A stretch of 51,132 nt of DNA from Flavobacteriales bacterium (GCA_028709885.1 JAQUTH010000001.1:1-51132); one strand, 5' to 3'; positions 9,552 to 19,368 are shown, counted from the first letter of the stretch. Numbers and translations: made by a program. Notes: generated by a model not told the origin, from the letters alone.

Positions 9552-12176
9552 ATGAGACGAAACATTTTAAAAACGATTTGCTTAGCATCTATTGGAGCTC
9601 TCACTCTGGCTGTTTCTTCGTGCGCTAAAAATTACGACGGGGATATAGAAAGACTGGAAGCAGGCATAGAGGCTAACAAAACAGCACTTGAAAATGCCCT
9701 TAAATCAGGCAAGCTTATCACTGCTGTAAACGCTGTTACCAATGGTTGGGACATAGTCTTTTCCGATGGTTCTAAAATTACAGTTAATAACGGTAAGGAT
9801 GGTGCCAATGGTACTGCTGGTAAAGATGCCTTTGCTCCTGTATTAGGAATAGATGCTCAGGGCTATTGGACAGTAGTTACTGAAAAAGGTGCTACACCAG
9901 TGCGTATTAAAGATGTAAATGGTAAAGAATGCAAGGCTGTTGCCAGTGTTCCTACGCCAAATGCAGAAACTAAAACATGGTGGATAGATGGTACAGATAC
10001 CAAAGTTCCATGTGTAGGCGACAAAGGTCAAGATGCTTATTCTCCTTACATAGATGTAGCATCTCACCATTGGATGGTATATGACGATGCTACTGAGCAG
10101 TATGTTGATACTGGTATCAAGGCTGATTACTCTCCTTCTCAGGTAGAGATAAAAGCAGGCGTTCTGTATATAGACGGTGTTGCTACTAACGCTACCAACA
10201 TTCCTAACGTAGTCTACAATGAATTGACAAAAACAGTCATTGTTACTATTTATGATGCTGACGGTAAAGGTACTTCATACGAATTGATGCAGGCTATGGA
10301 TGTTATGGTTATGCTTACATCTGTCGCTCCTGCTGCTGCCGAAAATGCTATAACACTTAATTATGGTACTATTGGTTCTACTTTCCAATTCCCTTGGAGT
10401 GTAGATAAAATCAAATACACAAAAGGACAGGTTCTTCTGCCTAATGGTCAGTCTACTATTATCATGCCGATAGTTGTAAGCCCTGCTGGTGCATCTCTTA
10501 AAGATTGCGAACTTTCTTTGGTAAATGCTAACGAAGAGTCTATCATTCCTATCAAATCTGTAACCAAAGGTTATGATGCAGACAAATATGGCTTTGTAAT
10601 GTCAAATACTAAGTCTGTCGCAACTAATGCTATGTGGTCTGTTGAATTAGGTCTTACATCTGAAAACATAAAAGCTGCTGGAGATGCAAAACATCTTTCA
10701 CTTAAAGTAGTTGTAAACAAAGGTACAGATAGTGAGAGAATACTTTACACTCCTTATGTGTATTCTTTGAATGGTAATGCTATTTCAGCTAAGCCTATTG
10801 TTGCACAGGATGCGCTTGTAGCTATTGGTGAAAAATATGATTTGTACCCTTCTTATGAGGATATGTACAAATTCATTATCATTCCTGCTTCTGACAAAGA
10901 TAAAATTAACGTTGAAGCAAATGTTATATCTACAACTGAAAATGCTGCTACTCTCGCTGCATTGGAAGGTAAAACAGTTGCACATGAGATAAAAGCTCTT
11001 GACTACGTTGGTGATACATTGGCTAAGAATGTAAATGTTAAATTCTACACATCTCTTGGTCTTTCTAATGTAACACTTCCTGCTATAAACAAGGTGTATA
11101 ACCAAAACAATGCCAAATATTCTTCATTTGCAGATGTTTACACATCACTTGCATTTAAAAAAGACCTTTGGATAGCTAATGCCAAAGATTTCAAGGTAGT
11201 AGTAAAAGATGCCAAAGGAAACGTAGTAGTAGCTAAGACAGCTGTTCCAGCTAACGTTGCCGGTTTTGATATCAAATTCACAAAAGACCAAAAAGCTACC
11301 GCTGTGGCTTCTAATGCAGACATCAACTACGTGTCTATCATTCCAGACTCTACACAGGTAACAGTAGGTTCATACACAGCTACAATATCATATGTAGATG
11401 CTCGTAATGCATCTTATAAGACATTTGAAGTATCTGTTCCTATCAACATCACTAACAAAGCTATTGATTTCAACACTGAGTTTGTACGTGTACCAGCTCT
11501 ATTTGACGGAGATAAAGCATACGTTTATGGAGATATGAACGCTCAGAACAAGGTTCAGGAAGTAGCTCCTACTACATACAACCTAAATGCCCTTTATAGC
11601 AAATTACCAGCTTCTAACCTTTATGTTTACAAACATAACACAGCTGCTGCTGGTGCTCCTGAGAAATGGGAGGTTATGAGCGAGAATTATGATGTTACAG
11701 AAGCTAATATGTACAAAGCAGAGGAAGTTAGAATATACTACCGCCACTTTGGAAATGTAGCTAACGAATCTTTGGCTCAAACCATCATCATAACTCCTAA
11801 GAGCTCTGTAAAAGAAGGTGAACTCAAAGCAATAGCAGGTAAATCATTTGAGATAACTCATGGTACATCTGTTACTCCTATTGATGTTAAAAACTTCTAC
11901 ACATTTGTAGACCATCTTAAACAAAATACTAAGGCATTTGATGGTGTAGCTTCAAGAGATAAGAAAATAAAAGTTTTGACTATTGAGACTCCTGATGCTA
12001 ATGCTCCACTTGTAAAAGTATCTGAATCAGCAGGTGTATTCACAATAGTTACTACTGATAAGGTTGCTGAACTTCAAGGAGATTCTGCTAATGTTGCAGT
12101 TAGAATCACTATAAAAGACCTATTTGGTCAGGTGTACACTAAGGATGTAACATTAGTTGTAAAAAAGGCTAAGTAA
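9552..12176 (+). CDS. Large cell-surface lipoprotein, function unknown; N-terminal coiled coil, short collagen-like G-X-Y runs, then a long beta-rich (Ig-like) region
   Basis: 874-aa ORF. Signal peptide with lipobox LAVSS|C. GKDGANGTAGKD and GDKGQD triplets. Four W-x-[IV]...G modules near the N-terminus. Ala/Val/Thr/Asn/Lys-rich remainder. Codon choice (GCT, GGT, GTT, ACT, TCT, CCT) resembles gapA. Confidence 0.85.
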   Translation: MRRNILKTICLASIGALTLAVSSCAKNYDGDIERLEAGIEANKTALENALKSGKLITAVNAVTNGWDIVFSDGSKITVNNGKDGANGTAGKDAFAPVLGIDAQGYWTVVTEKGATPVRIKDVNGKECKAVASVPTPNAETKTWWIDGTDTKVPCVGDKGQDAYSPYIDVASHHWMVYDDATEQYVDTGIKADYSPSQVEIKAGVLYIDGVATNATNIPNVVYNELTKTVIVTIYDADGKGTSYELMQAMDVMVMLTSVAPAAAENAITLNYGTIGSTFQFPWSVDKIKYTKGQVLLPNGQSTIIMPIVVSPAGASLKDCELSLVNANEESIIPIKSVTKGYDADKYGFVMSNTKSVATNAMWSVELGLTSENIKAAGDAKHLSLKVVVNKGTDSERILYTPYVYSLNGNAISAKPIVAQDALVAIGEKYDLYPSYEDMYKFIIIPASDKDKINVEANVISTTENAATLAALEGKTVAHEIKALDYVGDTLAKNVNVKFYTSLGLSNVTLPAINKVYNQNNAKYSSFADVYTSLAFKKDLWIANAKDFKVVVKDAKGNVVVAKTAVPANVAGFDIKFTKDQKATAVASNADINYVSIIPDSTQVTVGSYTATISYVDARNASYKTFEVSVPINITNKAIDFNTEFVRVPALFDGDKAYVYGDMNAQNKVQEVAPTTYNLNALYSKLPASNLYVYKHNTAAAGAPEKWEVMSENYDVTEANMYKAEEVRIYYRHFGNVANESLAQTIIITPKSSVKEGELKAIAGKSFEITHGTSVTPIDVKNFYTFVDHLKQNTKAFDGVASRDKKIKVLTIETPDANAPLVKVSESAGVFTIVTTDKVAELQGDSANVAVRITIKDLFGQVYTKDVTLVVKKAK

Positions 12177-12211
12177 TATTATATTATAGAGCAATAGAGA
12201 TTTATTTTTCG

Positions 12212-12248
12212 AGAGGTCGTCGCTGTAAAGTGACGACCTTTCTTTTTA
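12212..12248 (+). terminator. Rho-independent terminator of the lipoprotein gene
   Basis: AGGTCGTCGC / GTGACGACCT hairpin followed by TTCTTTTT. Confidence 0.7.
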
Positions 12249-12260
12249 TCCATAGACATA

Positions 12261-12290
12261 AAAAAGCTCGCCCTTTTGGGCGAGCTTTTT
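12261..12290 (-). terminator. Rho-independent terminator of the cysQ-like/deoC transcription unit; member of the GCTCGCC palindrome family
   Basis: AAAAAGCTCGCCC-TTTT-GGGCGAGCTTTTT, a 13-bp perfect stem 19 nt past the minus-strand stop codon. Confidence 0.8.
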
Positions 12291-12308
12291 GTATTTAAAA
12301 GGGAAGAG

Positions 12309-13112
12309 TTATCTTTTTCTCTTTACCGTAAAATCACTGCTGTGAAGGATTTGTTTGTTGTATTTGAGAGGTTCACCACTGTGAATATCTCTCAGAGGCA
12401 TATCCATAGAACGCAAAAGAGCATCTCCTGCTGCGGTGTCCCATTCCATGACACTACCAAAACGAGTATATTCATCGGCAGCACCAGTAGCTATGGCGCA
12501 GTATTTGACACAACTACCCATAGGCTCTATCCTAACATCGGGTATTTCCTTTTTCAACGCCTCATAGTAATCGTTGGTTTCGCTTGTTCGGGCAGATTTG
12601 CTAGCCAGACAGATATAACCACCGCTATGAACACCCAAAGGCAATGTCTCTCCTTTTAGCTGAGCCAATGAAGTGAAAAACTCATCGTTTTTGACAGAAG
12701 CCTTACGCACTGGATACCCATTTCCTCCGTAGTACAGCTCTTTTACCTCAGGTAGAAAAATAACTCCCATGGTAGGGGTGTCTTTTTCTACAAAAGCTAT
12801 GTTAACGCCGTACTGACTGCTACCGTTTATAAATTCTTTGGTGCCATCCAGAGGGTCTACCACGAACATTTCTTTCCAAGTGGAGCGTGTGGGAAAATCC
12901 TCAGCCACGCTTTCCTCACTTATAAAAGGAATATTCAAGGCAGAAAGCATCTCTGTTATGATGTTTTGAGCTGTGTAATCGGCATCGGTAACGGGAGAAT
13001 TATCGCTTTTAGTCTTTACTGTGTACTGAGCGTTTTTTACCTTCAAAATGGCAAAACCAGCTTTTACGGCAGCATTTACCATATTTAAAAGGATATTCTC
13101 TTTATCACTCAT
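12309..13112 (-). CDS. Inositol monophosphatase family protein, probably 3'(2'),5'-bisphosphate nucleotidase (CysQ-like)
   Basis: 267-aa ORF with the IMPase-family metal-binding motifs EES, VVDPLDGTKEFI and WDTAAGDALL. Confidence 0.8.
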   Translation of the reverse strand: MSDKENILLNMVNAAVKAGFAILKVKNAQYTVKTKSDNSPVTDADYTAQNIITEMLSALNIPFISEESVAEDFPTRSTWKEMFVVDPLDGTKEFINGSSQYGVNIAFVEKDTPTMGVIFLPEVKELYYGGNGYPVRKASVKNDEFFTSLAQLKGETLPLGVHSGGYICLASKSARTSETNDYYEALKKEIPDVRIEPMGSCVKYCAIATGAADEYTRFGSVMEWDTAAGDALLRSMDMPLRDIHSGEPLKYNKQILHSSDFTVKRKR

Positions 13113-13113
13113 C

Positions 13114-13857
13114 TTAGTATGCTGAGGTAGATGCGTTTCCGCTTATCAGTTTTTTAGCCGATGAGGTACCTATTCTTGTTACGCCAAGAGCTATCATTTT
13201 TTCAGCAGCAGCCATATCGCGAACGCCACCAGCTGCTTTGATAGGTAGAGGAGAGCCGTTTTCAGCCATTATTTTTACACCTTCAAATGTAGCTCCAGCA
13301 GGTTTGCCGCCTTCGGTTTTGAAGTATCCGGTAGAGGATTTGATAAACACGCGGTGGGCGTTTTCTTTGCCGAAGTTTTTGATGACTACATCGCGGATAA
13401 GTTCTGAAAGACCAGCTATCTCATCATCGCGAAGGGCTGCTATTTCTATTATCCATTTGGCTGTTTTACCAGCGTTAAGTGTCATTTCTGTGCAACGGCG
13501 TACTTCTTCTTCTACTGTTTCCACCTTGCCACGTTTGTACATAGGGTAGTTTACCACAAAGTCCAGTTCGTCAGCTCCGTTGGCTATTGCTTCCAATCCT
13601 TCTTTTATTTTTTCATCTATGCTGTAAGTTCCTTCTGGAAAGCCTATCACAGTACCTACAAGAACTTGGCTGCCTTGTTGGTCTATCATATGGCGAGCAT
13701 CAGCTACCATGTTAGGACGTAGCATTATCAGTTTGAAGCGTTCGTCTATTGCTTCTTGAATGTAACCTTGGGCTATTTTGCGGTTTTCCTCTTCGGAAAT
13801 GCCCTTCATCTGTGCTGTCTCTAAGTACGTAGAGTCCAAATATTGGCGAATATCCAT
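13114..13857 (-). CDS. deoC: Deoxyribose-phosphate aldolase
   Basis: DeoC-like sequence with the Schiff-base Lys context FIKSSTGY and IKAAGGVR. I chose the start at Met32 of the listed ORF (MDIRQYLDSTYL). A -7 box (13889..13896) and a terminator hairpin (13941..13964) fall inside the longer 13950 extension. Confidence 0.85.
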   Translation of the reverse strand: MDIRQYLDSTYLETAQMKGISEEENRKIAQGYIQEAIDERFKLIMLRPNMVADARHMIDQQGSQVLVGTVIGFPEGTYSIDEKIKEGLEAIANGADELDFVVNYPMYKRGKVETVEEEVRRCTEMTLNAGKTAKWIIEIAALRDDEIAGLSELIRDVVIKNFGKENAHRVFIKSSTGYFKTEGGKPAGATFEGVKIMAENGSPLPIKAAGGVRDMAAAEKMIALGVTRIGTSSAKKLISGNASTSAY

Positions 13858-13888
13858 GTTGTGATGTTTTGTTAAAATTTCTTTGATA

Positions 13889-13896
13889 CAAAAGTA
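13889..13896 (-). promoter_or_regulatory. Putative -7 promoter box (TACTTTTG) for deoC
   Basis: Exact TAnnTTTG match on the minus strand, 32 nt upstream of the ATG at 13857. Confidence 0.5.
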
Positions 13897-13930
13897 TGCA
13901 GAAAAAACGAGAAAAATGATGTAGTATATA

Positions 13931-13964
13931 TAAAAAATAAGACTTGTCAAAAGATTGACAAGTC
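13931..13964 (-). terminator. Rho-independent terminator on the minus strand
   Basis: GACTTGTCAA-loop-TTGACAAGTC, a 10-bp perfect stem followed on the minus strand by TTATTTTTTA. It lies about 155 nt downstream of the 14120 stop. Confidence 0.65.
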
Positions 13965-14119
13965 CTAAAAACTAACCTAAACTCAAAACTATAACTATGA
14001 AACTACTACTTTTCTTATTTAATGGTGCAAATATACATCGTGTTTTTTATCTATGCAAGTGTTTTTAGCTAAAAATTTCATTTTTTTTATTTTAACAAAA
14101 AGAAGTTATTAGAGATATT

Positions 14120-15175
14120 CTACGCCATGTTTTCTTTTTCATTTTCTGTCTTTTCACTCCTTTTTATCTTGGCACGGCTGATAAAAAAGATAGCCAATGC
14201 ACCTGTGGAGAGTTGCATTACCGTCTGTGTGGCGTGGTTAAGTGTGGCAAAAGCCATAGCAATATCGGGTGTTATGGCAGCTATTCCCAGTATCGGGATA
14301 CCTATTTTCATGGCTGTATGGTATGCGCCGATACCTCCTTGAACAGGTATCAACTGAGCCAAACCACCCACTGTCATCAAGTATAATATATTGGCAGCTG
14401 AGAGCGTTTCTGTCTGCGAAAAAGCGTACGACATAAAAAATATCATAAGGTAATACATCAACCATATAAGTATGGTGTAATACACAAATGCCCATTTTCT
14501 ACGCATACGTGTTATGGTTTTTATACCCTCCATCATGCCGTGAGAAAAATCCACTATCTTGTGATAGAGTATGGTGTGGCGTAGTTTTTTTCTGAAAAGG
14601 TATATAAACGCTGCTATTGCCACTATGAATATTATGATGATGGTTTTGTAGCTTATTGCAGGTTCGGTAGGGATGTCTTGTCTTAGGGTAAGTATTTTAT
14701 AACCAAAGGCTTCCATTTGTTTGTATTGGAGGACGATAGTCAAAAAGATGCTAATGCCAAGCATGATAACGTCTATGGCTCGTTCTAAGATGACTGTTCC
14801 TAAAAGCTTGCTCACAGGTATGCCTTCCGCTTGGTTTAATGCTGTGCAACGGGCTACTTCACCAGCGCGTGGAACGGCTAAGTTTGCTATGTATGTGATA
14901 GTTACCGAATGTATGGAGTTCATTTTTGATACTCCTGAATAACCCATGGCGTCAAGTGGTATGAGCCAGCGCAGTCCTATCAGCACAAAGGCGGTGTATC
15001 CTGTTATAAATGAGAGCGCAACGTAAAAGTAATTAGCTTCTTTTATCTCTTCCCATATGTTTCTAAGGTTCATTCCCGAAAAGGCAAAGTATAGTAGTGC
15101 CAATGCCAAAAGAGGTAGAAGAATGAATTTTATGCTTATGGATAGTATCTTTTTCACCTGTGGGCTCAGTGCCAT
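14120..15175 (-). CDS. Flippase-like / lysylphosphatidylglycerol-synthase transmembrane-domain family membrane protein (UPF0104 type)
   Basis: 351-aa ORF, highly hydrophobic with about 8 predicted TM segments. Conserved PRAGE-like loop (VPRAGEVARC) typical of this family. Confidence 0.7.
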   Translation of the reverse strand: MALSPQVKKILSISIKFILLPLLALALLYFAFSGMNLRNIWEEIKEANYFYVALSFITGYTAFVLIGLRWLIPLDAMGYSGVSKMNSIHSVTITYIANLAVPRAGEVARCTALNQAEGIPVSKLLGTVILERAIDVIMLGISIFLTIVLQYKQMEAFGYKILTLRQDIPTEPAISYKTIIIIFIVAIAAFIYLFRKKLRHTILYHKIVDFSHGMMEGIKTITRMRRKWAFVYYTILIWLMYYLMIFFMSYAFSQTETLSAANILYLMTVGGLAQLIPVQGGIGAYHTAMKIGIPILGIAAITPDIAMAFATLNHATQTVMQLSTGALAIFFISRAKIKRSEKTENEKENMA

Positions 15176-15284
15176 TTTCTTATGTTTTAATCCTATGGTG
15201 CAAATATCGCTTTTTTTCCTTTAATTATATATATAAGGTGTGAACAAAAATGATTATTATTGATATAGGGAGAGTAAAAATGAT

Positions 15285-15292
15285 TACTTTTG
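15285..15292 (+). promoter_or_regulatory. Putative -7 promoter box (TACTTTTG) for the acyltransferase/GT2 cluster
   Basis: Exact TAnnTTTG match 23 nt upstream of the ATG at 15315. Confidence 0.45.
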
Positions 15293-15314
15293 CATATTAG
15301 TAATAGTGGTATAT

Positions 15315-16208
15315 ATGATAGAAAAAATAGGTTTTCATATAGTCAAAACTCTTTCCAGAATGCCTTTTGGGATGCTTTACGCTGTATCTGACGTGGTTGC
15401 TTTTACGCTGTATCATATAGTGGGGTATCGTCGTGGGGTAGTGAGGGGAAATATAGAAAAATGTTTTCCTGAAAAGACGCTCAAAGAAAGGAAAAAGATA
15501 GAACGAGATTTTTATCTCGGTTTTACGGATACTATGTTGGAGTCCCTCAAAATGCTGACTATTAGCCCCGAAGAAGCCAAAAAGCGTTTTTATTATGAAA
15601 ATGAAGAACAGTTACGCGGGTATCTCAATAACGGACATGACCACATAATGATATTCGGACATTGCAGTAACTGGGAGTGGCTCATGTTTACACAGCTTGC
15701 TTTTCCAAATATGAACTTGGTAGCTCTGTACCAAAAGATAGAAAATCCAGAAGTTAATGATATGGTACGCGCCGCCCGCGAACGTTTCGGTATGCACACC
15801 ATGGAAGCTAAAAATGCTCTTTTAGGATTATCACGCCTTAAAAATGACGGCAATAGTATGGTGGCATTTGTGGCAGACCAAAGTCCGATGCGCCACCTTA
15901 TAAAACACTGGGTTACTTTTTTTGGCAACATAACACCTGCGCATATAGGAGCGCATGACATAGCCACACGCCTACATTTCGGGGTGATATTCTTACAGGT
16001 AAAAAGAGTATCCAGAGGACATTACAAGGCTATTGCTAAAAAAATATACTCACCAGAAGAAAAGGTGGAAAAATACGAAATAATAGACCGTTTCTACGTG
16101 GAACTGGAACGCCAGTTAAAACAAGACCCGTCGTGTTGGCTGTGGTCGCATCGCCGTTGGAAATATGCCGATGAGTACTTTAAAAAGAAAAATGATGAAC
16201 GAAAATAA
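15315..16208 (+). CDS. Lipid A biosynthesis (LpxL/HtrB-type) lysophospholipid acyltransferase family protein
   Basis: About 297 aa from the first ATG (the listed ORF begins at a GTG at 15306). H-x4-E acyltransferase motif FGHCSNWEW and an N-terminal membrane anchor. Confidence 0.75.
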   Translation: MIEKIGFHIVKTLSRMPFGMLYAVSDVVAFTLYHIVGYRRGVVRGNIEKCFPEKTLKERKKIERDFYLGFTDTMLESLKMLTISPEEAKKRFYYENEEQLRGYLNNGHDHIMIFGHCSNWEWLMFTQLAFPNMNLVALYQKIENPEVNDMVRAARERFGMHTMEAKNALLGLSRLKNDGNSMVAFVADQSPMRHLIKHWVTFFGNITPAHIGAHDIATRLHFGVIFLQVKRVSRGHYKAIAKKIYSPEEKVEKYEIIDRFYVELERQLKQDPSCWLWSHRRWKYADEYFKKKNDERK

Positions 16209-17214
16209 TCACTCACTCACCTGTGCGGTAGTTATCCTTAATTGGAACGGGCGTGAGCTTTTGGAACGTTTTTTGCCTTCGGTAGTGAAAAACACACCTT
16301 CATGGGTACATATTTACGTGGCAGACAACGCCTCTACGGATGATTCTTTGGCGTACTTGGCGGAGCATTTTCCTGCTGTTGGTATCATTAAAAACGACGC
16401 CAACTACGGTTTTGCCACTGGTTACAACAAAGCTCTAAAAGGTCTTACAGAAGATGTTTTTGCACTGGTAAACAGTGATATAGAAGTAACCCAAGGCTGG
16501 ATAGAGCCACTCATAAAAGAGTTTGAAGAACATAGCGATGTGGTGGCGGCTCAGCCACGTCTTTTGGACTACAAAGACAAAAAAATGTTTGAATACGCGG
16601 GTGCAGCAGGTGGTTTTATAGACAAATATGGCTATCCGTACTGTCGAGGACGTATTTTTACTGTTGTAGAGGAAGACCACAGCCAGTATGAACAGGATAG
16701 CGACATTTTTTGGGCTACCGGAGCTTGTCTTTTGGTAAGAAGAGGGGTGTTTGAGGTTTTGGGTGGTTTTGACGATGATTTTTTTGCACATTTGGAAGAA
16801 ATAGACCTCTGCTGGCGCATACTAAATAGCGGAGGTAGAATACGTTACATAGCTTCGTCAAAAGTGTATCATGTGGGAGGTGCTACGCTTAAAAAGTACG
16901 ATGCTCGCAAGACTTATCTCAATTTTCGCAACAGCCTTTTTTCATTGGTAAAAAACCTACCAGCATACCGAATACCGTATGTTGTGTTTGTGCGTTTGGT
17001 ACTGGATGGAGTGCAAGGTCTTCGCTTTTTGTGTGAAAAACGTCCGCGTCATACATGGGCTTTGGTACGTGCGCATTGGGGTTTTTACACTCATTTTATC
17101 ACTATGTGGAGAAAAAGAAGCCTCACACCAGCTAAGACTAGAAAATATTACCATACTGACAGTATTGTTTTTCGTCATTTTTTATGTGGAAAAAAATATT
17201 TTTCAGACCTTTAA
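16192..17214 (+). CDS. Glycosyltransferase family 2
   Basis: GT-A fold N-terminus (CAVVILNWNG...VADNASTDDS...DSDI) and an EEIDLCWR motif. The start is ambiguous: ATG 16165 or ATG 16192. Both overlap the upstream gene. Confidence 0.8.
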   Translation: MMNENNHSLTCAVVILNWNGRELLERFLPSVVKNTPSWVHIYVADNASTDDSLAYLAEHFPAVGIIKNDANYGFATGYNKALKGLTEDVFALVNSDIEVTQGWIEPLIKEFEEHSDVVAAQPRLLDYKDKKMFEYAGAAGGFIDKYGYPYCRGRIFTVVEEDHSQYEQDSDIFWATGACLLVRRGVFEVLGGFDDDFFAHLEEIDLCWRILNSGGRIRYIASSKVYHVGGATLKKYDARKTYLNFRNSLFSLVKNLPAYRIPYVVFVRLVLDGVQGLRFLCEKRPRHTWALVRAHWGFYTHFITMWRKRSLTPAKTRKYYHTDSIVFRHFLCGKKYFSDL

Positions 17215-17220
17215 CCCGAT

Positions 17221-17925
17221 ATGCGAACTACTAAGGAAAATATACAGGTAATATATGAGGACAACCACATCATTGTCATCAACAAACGCGCTGGCGATAT
17301 AGTCCAAGGCGATAAAACAGGCGATGTTCCTTTGGTGGATGTGGTCAAGGAATATTTAAAGGAAAAATACTCCAAGCCTGGCAATGTCTTTTGCGGATTG
17401 GCTCATAGGATAGACCGCCCTACTACCGGAGCGGTCATTTTTGCCAAAACATCCAAAGCTCTCTCCCGTTTGACTGAGATGTTCAGGTTAGGAAATGTTC
17501 ATAAGACATATCATGCCATAGTACCTCTTTCTCAAATATCAGAAAAAGGAACTCTGGATGGTTTTATGATAAAAGATGGCAAATTAAACCGTTCTCGTGT
17601 GTACGCAACTCAAAAGAACGAAACAGCCAAGCATGCAGTAACGCATTACACTGTTTTGCACCGAGGTGAGCGTTATATGCTATTGGAGGTAGAGATAGAA
17701 ACAGGACGACATCATCAGATACGTTGTCATCTTGCTTCCATAGGTATTCCTATAAAAGGAGACCTTAAATATGGGGCTCAACGTAGCAATGAAGACGGAA
17801 GTATTTCTCTACATGCTCGGCAGTTGGATTTTGTACATCCTGTAAGTGGTGAACACATTATTATTACTGCACCATATCCACAGGAGGAAAACTCTCTTTG
17901 GTGTGCCCTTTCACAAGAAAAATAA
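17221..17925 (+). CDS. RluA family pseudouridine synthase
   Basis: 234-aa ORF with the catalytic Asp motif HRIDRPTTG and a conserved HQIR motif. Confidence 0.9.
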   Translation: MRTTKENIQVIYEDNHIIVINKRAGDIVQGDKTGDVPLVDVVKEYLKEKYSKPGNVFCGLAHRIDRPTTGAVIFAKTSKALSRLTEMFRLGNVHKTYHAIVPLSQISEKGTLDGFMIKDGKLNRSRVYATQKNETAKHAVTHYTVLHRGERYMLLEVEIETGRHHQIRCHLASIGIPIKGDLKYGAQRSNEDGSISLHARQLDFVHPVSGEHIIITAPYPQEENSLWCALSQEK

Positions 17926-17937
17926 ACTACTACTGCA

Positions 17938-19368
17938 ATGGAACAAATAAGTGTTTTTGACATACTAAAAATAGGCATAGGACCTTCATCTTCCCACACT
18001 CTGGGACCATGGAGAGCATCACAGCGTTTTATTGCCTCGCTCAAAGAAGATAAAGTCTTTGACAAAGTAGATAGAATGCGTGTACGTCTTTATGGTTCTC
18101 TATCTCTTACAGGGCGAGGACATTATACAGATTTGGCAGTCATATTAGGGCTATCAGGAGCAGACCCTGAGGTCATAGACCCAAAAGACATACAGCCTAC
18201 CGTTTCGGCTATCAATTTTTCTGGTAGACTTACACTAAATAATGAACGGATGATACTGTTTTCGCCTTTGGTAGATATAGTATTTGAAAAAGAATTTCTC
18301 CCTTTTCACTCCAATGGTATATGCTTTACAGCCTTTGATACTGACGGAAAAACACTGTCCGAACAGACGTATTACTCCATAGGTGGAGGTTTTGTGGTGC
18401 AGGAAAACGAAGATATACAGTCAGCAGGACATTATCCCAATGCTTTTCCTTTCCCTATCCAAAAAGCAGAAGAACTACTCAAATATACCATAGACAAAAG
18501 ATGCACCATAGCTGATATAGTCATGGAAAATGAGAAAAGTATAGCACCTGAGGCAGAAGTACGAGAAAAAATACTTCATATCTGGGATGTTATGCTCCAA
18601 AGCATATACACTGGATGCCATACATTGGGCGAACTACCAGGAGGACTGCGCGTAAAACGTCGTGCAGCATACGTGTATGACCGTATAAAACCATATTTGA
18701 TGTACAAAGACCACCATGAATGGGCAAAACAACTCCGTACAGTATCTACCGACGCAAAGAGTATTTTTACATGGGTGAGTACCTTTGCCATAGCGGTCAA
18801 TGAAGTAAACGCATCATTAGGACGTATAGTTACAGCTCCTACCAACGGTTCATCAGGTGTAATACCTGCCGTTCTGCTGTATTATTTGTCTTTTGTGAAC
18901 CCAAAGGCTACCGATGACCAGATAGTGGAGTTTCTTTTGGTATGTGGTGAAATAGGTTCCATTTTCAAAAAAGAAGCCACTATTTCAGCTGCACAAGGAG
19001 GTTGTCAAGCGGAAATAGGCGTTTCATCGGCTATGGCGGCAGCTGGTCTGTGTCATGTCATGGGAGGTCTTCCTCAGCAATGTCTGGCAGCAGCGGAGAT
19101 AACCATGGAGCATCACTTAGGACTCACGTGCGACCCAGTAGGCGGACTTGTCCAAGTGCCGTGCATAGAACGCAATTCCATGGGCGCCATAAAAGCTATC
19201 ACAGCAGCATCTTGGGCTATAAACAATGACCCATCCGTTCCTGTTGTCAGTCTTGACAAGGTGATAAAAACCATGTGGGAGACAGCTAAGGATATGAATT
19301 TTAAGTACAAAGAAACAGCTCAGGGTGGACTGGCGGTAGAGATACCTGTAAATCTACCGGACTGTTAG
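17938..19368 (+). CDS. sdaA: L-serine ammonia-lyase (iron-sulfur dependent, single-chain form)
   Basis: 476-aa ORF with ISVFDILKIGIGPSSSHTLGP at the N-terminus, plus GGCQAEIGVSSAMAA and GLTCDPVGGLVQVPCIERN. Confidence 0.92.
   Translation: MEQISVFDILKIGIGPSSSHTLGPWRASQRFIASLKEDKVFDKVDRMRVRLYGSLSLTGRGHYTDLAVILGLSGADPEVIDPKDIQPTVSAINFSGRLTLNNERMILFSPLVDIVFEKEFLPFHSNGICFTAFDTDGKTLSEQTYYSIGGGFVVQENEDIQSAGHYPNAFPFPIQKAEELLKYTIDKRCTIADIVMENEKSIAPEAEVREKILHIWDVMLQSIYTGCHTLGELPGGLRVKRRAAYVYDRIKPYLMYKDHHEWAKQLRTVSTDAKSIFTWVSTFAIAVNEVNASLGRIVTAPTNGSSGVIPAVLLYYLSFVNPKATDDQIVEFLLVCGEIGSIFKKEATISAAQGGCQAEIGVSSAMAAAGLCHVMGGLPQQCLAAAEITMEHHLGLTCDPVGGLVQVPCIERNSMGAIKAITAASWAINNDPSVPVVSLDKVIKTMWETAKDMNFKYKETAQGGLAVEIPVNLPDC

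Noticed and set aside
13858-13950. 31-codon N-terminal extension of the deoC ORF (MTSLIFYIYYIIFLVFSAYFCIKEILTKHHN)
   Set aside because: The extension contains a terminator hairpin (13941..13964) and an exact -7 promoter box (13889..13896). The conserved DeoC sequence begins at the internal Met (13857).
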